Assembly: GCA_050179755.1 (NCBI GenBank) | Contig: JBFXEV010000001.1 | Coordinates: 1,161,994 to 1,225,993, forward strand | Direction: 5' to 3' | Length of the DNA stretch: 64,000 nt | Source: Candidatus Babeliales bacterium | GTDB lineage: Bacteria; Babelota; Babeliae; Babelales; JBFXEV01 | In this document: piece after piece, positions 58,612-64,000 of the stretch | Layout of the letters: the number at the start of each line of letters is the position of its first letter | Numbering within the stretch: the first letter of the stretch is position 1 | Translations under genes and position numbers: made by a program | Notes under the pieces: generated by a model | Databases searched by the model: none | Seen by the model: only the letters and a program-made list of their open reading frames with translations | What the model was told of the DNA's origin: nothing

Positions 58612-59353
58612 ATTTTATCTGCGTTTTTTTGTTCTTTCTGCTGCACTCTGTCCTTTACTGCTTTGTGCAATGGACGCAAGCATAGTATCACCTGAGAAAG
58701 CTGTGCCACCATCAGACATAGAAAGGCCTATAGCTTTTCCTCTTCATAGAGCTATTGCACAAGGCTTTATTACTGAATCCAGATTATTAGTGGATCATAA
58801 TTCACCTCTTGAACTCCGTGATGCTGATGGGCATACGCCACTGCAAGTTGTTTTTAATTCTCATTTGAATTCGCACACGCGTATTGTTCTTGCCAGTATA
58901 TTGATTGAAGCAGGAGCGAGCATGGAAGTCTTGGATGCCGAAAAATCACCACTTCTTTTTTCTTTAATTAAAAAAGTAAATTTAGATGGTGTTAGGTTAT
59001 TGCTTGGGTATGGTGTGAATCTTAGAAGTACTAATTTCCAAGGCAGAATGCCGTTAATATACGCAGATGAAAAAGTTAATACGTCTGAAAATCCTAAAAC
59101 AGAAGAAATATCAGATTTAATTGCACAGTATTTGGACGGAAAACGTAAACCTGAATTTGCGCATCTTATACAAACGCAAGCAGAGCGAGCGCGTTTATGT
59201 GCAGCAGCGCATCAAAGCGTGCTTGCTGCGTTACGGCAACAACGTGAAGTATTGGAAGAGCAAATGCGGTTGCGCCAAGCAGAAGCAGAACATCTTGCCA
59301 TGTTAGAAAAGAGTTTGCATTCCTCTGTTGATGAATCTGAATCAAAAAACTAG
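58604..59353 (+). CDS. Secreted ankyrin-repeat protein with C-terminal coiled coil
   Basis: Signal ending LCA|MD; PLHRA, GHTPLQV; paralog of the upstream gene. Confidence 0.88.
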   Translation: MNKFYLRFFVLSAALCPLLLCAMDASIVSPEKAVPPSDIERPIAFPLHRAIAQGFITESRLLVDHNSPLELRDADGHTPLQVVFNSHLNSHTRIVLASILIEAGASMEVLDAEKSPLLFSLIKKVNLDGVRLLLGYGVNLRSTNFQGRMPLIYADEKVNTSENPKTEEISDLIAQYLDGKRKPEFAHLIQTQAERARLCAAAHQSVLAALRQQREVLEEQMRLRQAEAEHLAMLEKSLHSSVDESESKN

Positions 59354-59427
59354 CTTGAAAGATGCAGTAACAAAAGCTACAATTGATCCAAACTAATAAC
59401 TCATCACACACTAGCAAAGGATCAATT

Positions 59428-61482
59428 ATGCTTAAGCATGTTTCAGTTTTTATCATTTCTTTGGCTGCGTTTTTGCCCAATACGTTCTATGCAATGGATC
59501 CTATAGAAATAGCAACGCCTGTCCCACAACCAACTTTGCAGCGCACTCAATCGTTACCAAATCGTAAACTACAGCACATGCCAAGTGTGTTAGATTTACA
59601 TCAATATGAACTTGATGAAGGTAACGAGCAGCAAAGGCAAGCACACGCTGTAACGGTAGCAAGGCAAACACAAGAGCGTCTTAATCGTATGTTCCATGAT
59701 GCCGTTGGTTTGGCTACCGGAGAAAAACCATTGGGAGTTCATGATGAAAGGCATGTGAGCAAACAATTTGCACGAGCGCGTGAACTGCTTGCCCGCGGTG
59801 CAGATAGTAAGTGGGGGTATCCGCTTGCTCATTTTCTTGTAGCATGTAAGTTGCAAGAAGAAGGCCATTGTTGCGAAGTATCTCTAGATCGTGATTTTGG
59901 TGTTCCAGTGCGGGTAACCAATTATTCTACGCGCAAAGTGCAAAATCCTATGCTTTACGGGCAAGCTCATGAATTTCTTGCGTGGCTTGTTGATAATGGC
60001 GCAGACGTTAATCAAGCATGGCCGCAAGACCGTGTTGATGGTTTTACGCATGTTGATGCTCGCGGTGATGAATGTAAATCTAACGTTGTAGCAAAAGCAA
60101 CGGGCATTGTGCCGTTAGCCTATGCATTGCAATTGTGCCGTGAAGGCTGCTGTGTGCAAAAATTGCTTGATGCAGGAGCACAACCCTATAAAGGTGCATT
60201 ATATTATGCATTTCATTCGGCAAATCCATCTGCTGCTTTATTGTTACTTGAAGCAGGTGCAGCGATTGATGAGTTAGATAATCAAGGCAATGGCGCCGCT
60301 CATTGGGCGCTTGCTTTGCATAGCCCAAAATTGCGGCTTGCGGCGCTTAAAGCTTTGCAAGAACGAGGAGCTTCCTTTTCTGTGCCAAATAAAGCGCGTC
60401 ACACTCCCTTGCATATGGCAGTATTTGGTGAATTGGTTAATGAAAATGGTCATACTTATTGGCGAGATATATTAAAAGATGATGCAAGCTGTTTAGCATT
60501 TTTGCTTGAACATGAGCCAGCTCTTAATGCAAAAGGTGCGCAAGGCGTTACTGCTTTGTATGCTGCAGTAGATATGCCAAGCGTGTTTTATGCTGAAAAT
60601 CTTGCGAGCATTTCTCATTCTTTAGCCCGATTTCAAAATGATGTTCCTGCTGGGCAAGCGCTTGCACAATTATGGAAAGATAAAAAGTCTTACGACTTTT
60701 TTGCACAAAATAATGCCATGGTTGCTTTGTTATTAGCAGCAAAGGCTGATACATCAATTGCTCAAAAGGATGGGTTTACGCCAATTCATCGAGCGGCACA
60801 ACGCGGCATGGCAGAATGCGTGCGCTTACTTATAGCGGCTGAGGCTTTGGTAGACGCACAGGATAAAGAGTTTTTAACGGCTTTGCATCACGTGGCAGTA
60901 GCTAAGATTCCTTATGCAGAAAAAGCACAAATTATTAAGTATCTTACCGAGGCAGGAGCAAGCACGGAAGCTATTGATAAAGAAGGTAATACTGCGCTTA
61001 TAAGGGCAGCCATTGCTGGTGATGTTGATGGAGTTTCGTTGTTACTAGGATTTGGTGCTCGCGTTGATGCACGTAATTATAGTATGTTTACAGCAGCTGA
61101 AATGGTTAGATCAAAAGAGTGTGGTTACAAGCGTTATGAAGATATTTTGAAGCTGCTTGCAGACTATGCTCAAGGCAAAAGAAAACCACATTCAAGAGAT
61201 GGTAAACCTTTTGTGGATATTGCAGAAGGTGCAACGAGTCCTGAACAGGTAGGTGATACGTTGGGTAATAATGAATGGCCTGTAGAAGAACAAAGAGCTG
61301 CTGAACTACAACTATTAACTCGTGCACTTGCGCGTATGGAGCGTGAAAAAGTTGCTGCGCACATGCCAACGCCAGAAGAAAAAGCGCTTAGAGATGCAGA
61401 AATACATGCTTTGCGTCAAGCCAAAAAGATTATTGAGGGGGAAAAGGCAACATCAACAGCGTTCCCAAGTGTGAGGGTTTAG
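59428..61482 (+). CDS. Secreted ankyrin-repeat protein
   Basis: Signal ending FYA|MD; HTPLHMA, GFTPIHRA, GNTALIRA. Confidence 0.9.
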   Translation: MLKHVSVFIISLAAFLPNTFYAMDPIEIATPVPQPTLQRTQSLPNRKLQHMPSVLDLHQYELDEGNEQQRQAHAVTVARQTQERLNRMFHDAVGLATGEKPLGVHDERHVSKQFARARELLARGADSKWGYPLAHFLVACKLQEEGHCCEVSLDRDFGVPVRVTNYSTRKVQNPMLYGQAHEFLAWLVDNGADVNQAWPQDRVDGFTHVDARGDECKSNVVAKATGIVPLAYALQLCREGCCVQKLLDAGAQPYKGALYYAFHSANPSAALLLLEAGAAIDELDNQGNGAAHWALALHSPKLRLAALKALQERGASFSVPNKARHTPLHMAVFGELVNENGHTYWRDILKDDASCLAFLLEHEPALNAKGAQGVTALYAAVDMPSVFYAENLASISHSLARFQNDVPAGQALAQLWKDKKSYDFFAQNNAMVALLLAAKADTSIAQKDGFTPIHRAAQRGMAECVRLLIAAEALVDAQDKEFLTALHHVAVAKIPYAEKAQIIKYLTEAGASTEAIDKEGNTALIRAAIAGDVDGVSLLLGFGARVDARNYSMFTAAEMVRSKECGYKRYEDILKLLADYAQGKRKPHSRDGKPFVDIAEGATSPEQVGDTLGNNEWPVEEQRAAELQLLTRALARMEREKVAAHMPTPEEKALRDAEIHALRQAKKIIEGEKATSTAFPSVRV

Positions 61483-61525
61483 GGTATAATGAGGTATAAT
61501 TTGAATATCATTTGAAAGGGACTCT

Positions 61526-61969
61526 ATGAAAGTCTATTTAACTCAGAATGTACCAAAAGTGGGCATGGCAGGCGAAATTATTAATGTTTCCGATGGCTAT
61601 GCAGCAAACTTTTTATTACCGCGCAAATTGGGGGTTAAATTAACTCCTGAAAATGAAGCATTCTATAAAGGCAAAGTGGTGCAAGTGGCTCACCGTAAAG
61701 AAGTAATTGAAACTGAAACTTCTATGGTTGCAGAAAAAATTAAGGCTACAGAAGTAAAATTAAAGTGCAAAGTGCATGATGATGGTAAATTGTATGGTGC
61801 CATTTCGCAGCATGAAATAGTTGATGCTTTGCAAGAAAAAGGTATTACCATTGCCAAAAGCCAAGTAGTCTTTGATAAGTCTATCAAGAAAACTGGCACA
61901 CATACTGTTACCATTAAGATATCGTCTCGTTTACAACCGCAATTGACCGTTAAAGTGGTTGGTGAGTAA
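61526..61969 (+). CDS. rplI: 50S ribosomal protein L9
   Basis: V..VG.AGEIINVSDGYAANFLLP, GKLYGAIS. Confidence 0.96.
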   Translation: MKVYLTQNVPKVGMAGEIINVSDGYAANFLLPRKLGVKLTPENEAFYKGKVVQVAHRKEVIETETSMVAEKIKATEVKLKCKVHDDGKLYGAISQHEIVDALQEKGITIAKSQVVFDKSIKKTGTHTVTIKISSRLQPQLTVKVVGE

Positions 61970-62003
61970 TTTATTGATTTAAGCGTAGGAAAAAGTTCAT
62001 CAT

Positions 62004-63389
62004 ATGTCATCAACAGCCCTACGCCCCAAACATAAATCTCACGATGCGGCTCAGATATTGGGCAAACGTTTGCCTTATTCTGATGAAGCAGAAAAAGCAG
62101 TGCTTGGTGCATTGCTTCTTAATGATGAGTATATGCACCAAGTTTCCGAATTCTTATTACCAAGTGATTATTATCATACTGCACATCGCATTATTTTTCA
62201 GGTAATGCTGGAACTTGTGGCTCAAGAAAAGCGGATTGATATTATTACGCTTCAAGACCATCTTACCAAAACAGAACAGCTTGAAGCTGTTGGTGGTATC
62301 GTATATTTGATGGCATTACAAGAAGATATTCCTTCTGTAGGTTTGATTAGCCAGCACGCCAAAATTATTAAAGAAAAAGCTGTGCTGCGCGAACTTATTA
62401 ACTCTGCCACACAAATTATTGGTACGTGTTATGCGCAAGATGATAAAGAGATAGATGCTGTGCTTGATCAAGCAGAGCAAACTATCATGCAAATAGCAAA
62501 TAAGCGTGCGCAGCAAAGTTTTGTGCAGCTTAATATTTGGCTTAAAAAGACCTTTGTTCATTTAACTGATATCAGGAAAAGCCGCAAAGGCATTACTGGT
62601 GTGCCTACTGGGTATCACAAGCTTGATGCAATGACCTCTGGTTGGCAGCCAGGAGATTTTGTGGTGCTTGCCGCGCGGCCTTCTATGGGTAAAACAGCGC
62701 TTGCGCTTTCTCTTGCTATGCATGCAGCACAATCGGGTGGCAGTGTGGGTTTTTTCTCGCTTGAAATGTCTGCAGAGCAGTTGACTATGCGTTTGCTTTC
62801 ATCGCAATCGGGCGTGGCGCATCATGGCATTCGTAATGCAACCATTAACACTAATGAATGGACAAGTTTAACCAACGTGGCAGCTCAAATGGGCACCATG
62901 AAGTTGTTTATTGATGATACGGCAATGGTGAGTATTATGGATTTACGGGCAAAAGCTCGTAAACTTAAAATTGATCAAGGCCTTTCTCTGCTGGTGATTG
63001 ACTATTTGCAGCTCTTGCATTCAACGCAAAAGCATGAAAATAGACATCAAGAAGTTTCTACTATTTCTCGTTCGCTTAAAGCACTTGCTAAAGAACTTGG
63101 AATTCCTATAATCGCTTTATCTCAGTTATCGCGTGCTGTTGATAGCAGGCTTGATAAACGCCCAATGCTTTCTGACCTACGGGAATCTGGTGCAATCGAG
63201 CAAGATGCAGATGTTATCATGTTCTTGTACCGCGACATTGTCTATAATCCTGATACAGAAAATCCAGCACTTGCGGAACTTATTATTGGCAAACAGCGCA
63301 ACGGCCCTACGGGCACGGTATATTTAAATTTTATGCGCGAGCTTACGCGTTTTGACGAAGCAGATTATGAAGGCTCTGGGCCTGAGTAA
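62004..63389 (+). CDS. dnaB: Replicative DNA helicase
   Basis: AEKAVLG, AARPSMGKT, FFSLEM, IDYLQL, LSQLSR, DLRESGAIEQDAD, KQRNGPTG. Confidence 0.98.
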   Translation: MSSTALRPKHKSHDAAQILGKRLPYSDEAEKAVLGALLLNDEYMHQVSEFLLPSDYYHTAHRIIFQVMLELVAQEKRIDIITLQDHLTKTEQLEAVGGIVYLMALQEDIPSVGLISQHAKIIKEKAVLRELINSATQIIGTCYAQDDKEIDAVLDQAEQTIMQIANKRAQQSFVQLNIWLKKTFVHLTDIRKSRKGITGVPTGYHKLDAMTSGWQPGDFVVLAARPSMGKTALALSLAMHAAQSGGSVGFFSLEMSAEQLTMRLLSSQSGVAHHGIRNATINTNEWTSLTNVAAQMGTMKLFIDDTAMVSIMDLRAKARKLKIDQGLSLLVIDYLQLLHSTQKHENRHQEVSTISRSLKALAKELGIPIIALSQLSRAVDSRLDKRPMLSDLRESGAIEQDADVIMFLYRDIVYNPDTENPALAELIIGKQRNGPTGTVYLNFMRELTRFDEADYEGSGPE

Positions 63390-63420
63390 TTGACGAGCTA
63401 GCTAAGAACATTAAGATATT

Positions 63421-64000
63421 TCAGCATATCACACAGCACATCGCAGCAGGTGTTCCTAAGGATCTTGCAACTTGTGTTGTTGGTGCATTTTCAGCAGCAA
63501 GAGGCTCTTCAGGCGCATCCTGCGTAATTAAAACTTCAGGAGCCTCAGGAGACATCACAAGTGACCACGCAGCTTTAAACGGATTAGTTCCTGGTAGCTG
63601 TGCAACTGCATCTTCCCGCTCTGCATGTATAAATGCTGCACAATCATTTTCAAGCGTTTCGGGTTTCAAAAGTACTGTGCCTTCAATTTCAACGTCAACT
63701 GGTATTGAGGTTAGTTCAATATCATGTGCAGTTTTATAGTTTGCATTACGTATCAAAAGTATTTGCTGTAATTTCTTTGTACGTATGACGAGTGCTTGAA
63801 CGCCAGCTGTTATGGTATTATTATCGTTTGCATGCAATATCTGGCGCAGTAGCTTAGGTTGCATATGGCAGTGGGGAATTACTAGCTTATTGCGATCGCC
63901 ATACAATTCAGGGGACAATCTTCTTATACAACATAAAAAAGTGAAGATGCTTTTACAATCCGTTGTGCCATGAAAAAGTGCATGATACAACAATAATTTT
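63421..64000 (-). CDS. 3' part of a hypothetical protein ending in a CaaX-like motif; start probably lies beyond the window
   Basis: Frame open to the window edge; ends ...PAAMCCVIC-stop. Confidence 0.65.
   Translation of the reverse strand, partial: KLLLYHALFHGTTDCKSIFTFLCCIRRLSPELYGDRNKLVIPHCHMQPKLLRQILHANDNNTITAGVQALVIRTKKLQQILLIRNANYKTAHDIELTSIPVDVEIEGTVLLKPETLENDCAAFIHAEREDAVAQLPGTNPFKAAWSLVMSPEAPEVLITQDAPEEPLAAENAPTTQVARSLGTPAAMCCVIC

Overview
AT-rich bacterial chromosome segment. Its gene content resembles an intracellular protist parasite of the Candidatus Babelota/Dependentiae (TM6) type; this is an inference from gene content, not a computed phylogeny. Housekeeping genes include dnaA, dnaB, rplI, ileS, pgk, rpiB, pepA, murD, ftsW, tlyA, a trxB-thioredoxin fusion, a LolC/E permease, an HtrA protease, an amidase and two tRNA-Arg genes. 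They are interspersed with many signal-peptide-bearing putative effectors: eight ankyrin-repeat proteins, J-domain proteins, a kinase-like protein and a CaaX-ending protein. The main candidates for new biology are: (1) a compact polymorphic toxin-immunity pair (signal peptide, Cys-less Hint domain, hydrophobic segment, HxxxHWDV toxin tip, 88-aa partner) with no Rhs/CdiA carrier; (2) a recurrent signal-peptide cleavage that leaves Met-[D/E/Q/N] at the mature N-terminus of at least 11 effector-like proteins, which matches the eukaryotic NatB acetylation consensus; (3) an FtsH paralog lacking HExxH; (4) an operon of Tyr/Gly/Trp/Arg-rich secreted proteins; (5) a pilV/W/X-like trio next to an ankyrin array; (6) REP-like palindromes near the tRNAs. 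No CRISPR array, rRNA or recognisable transposase was seen. Signal peptides and domains were called by eye.
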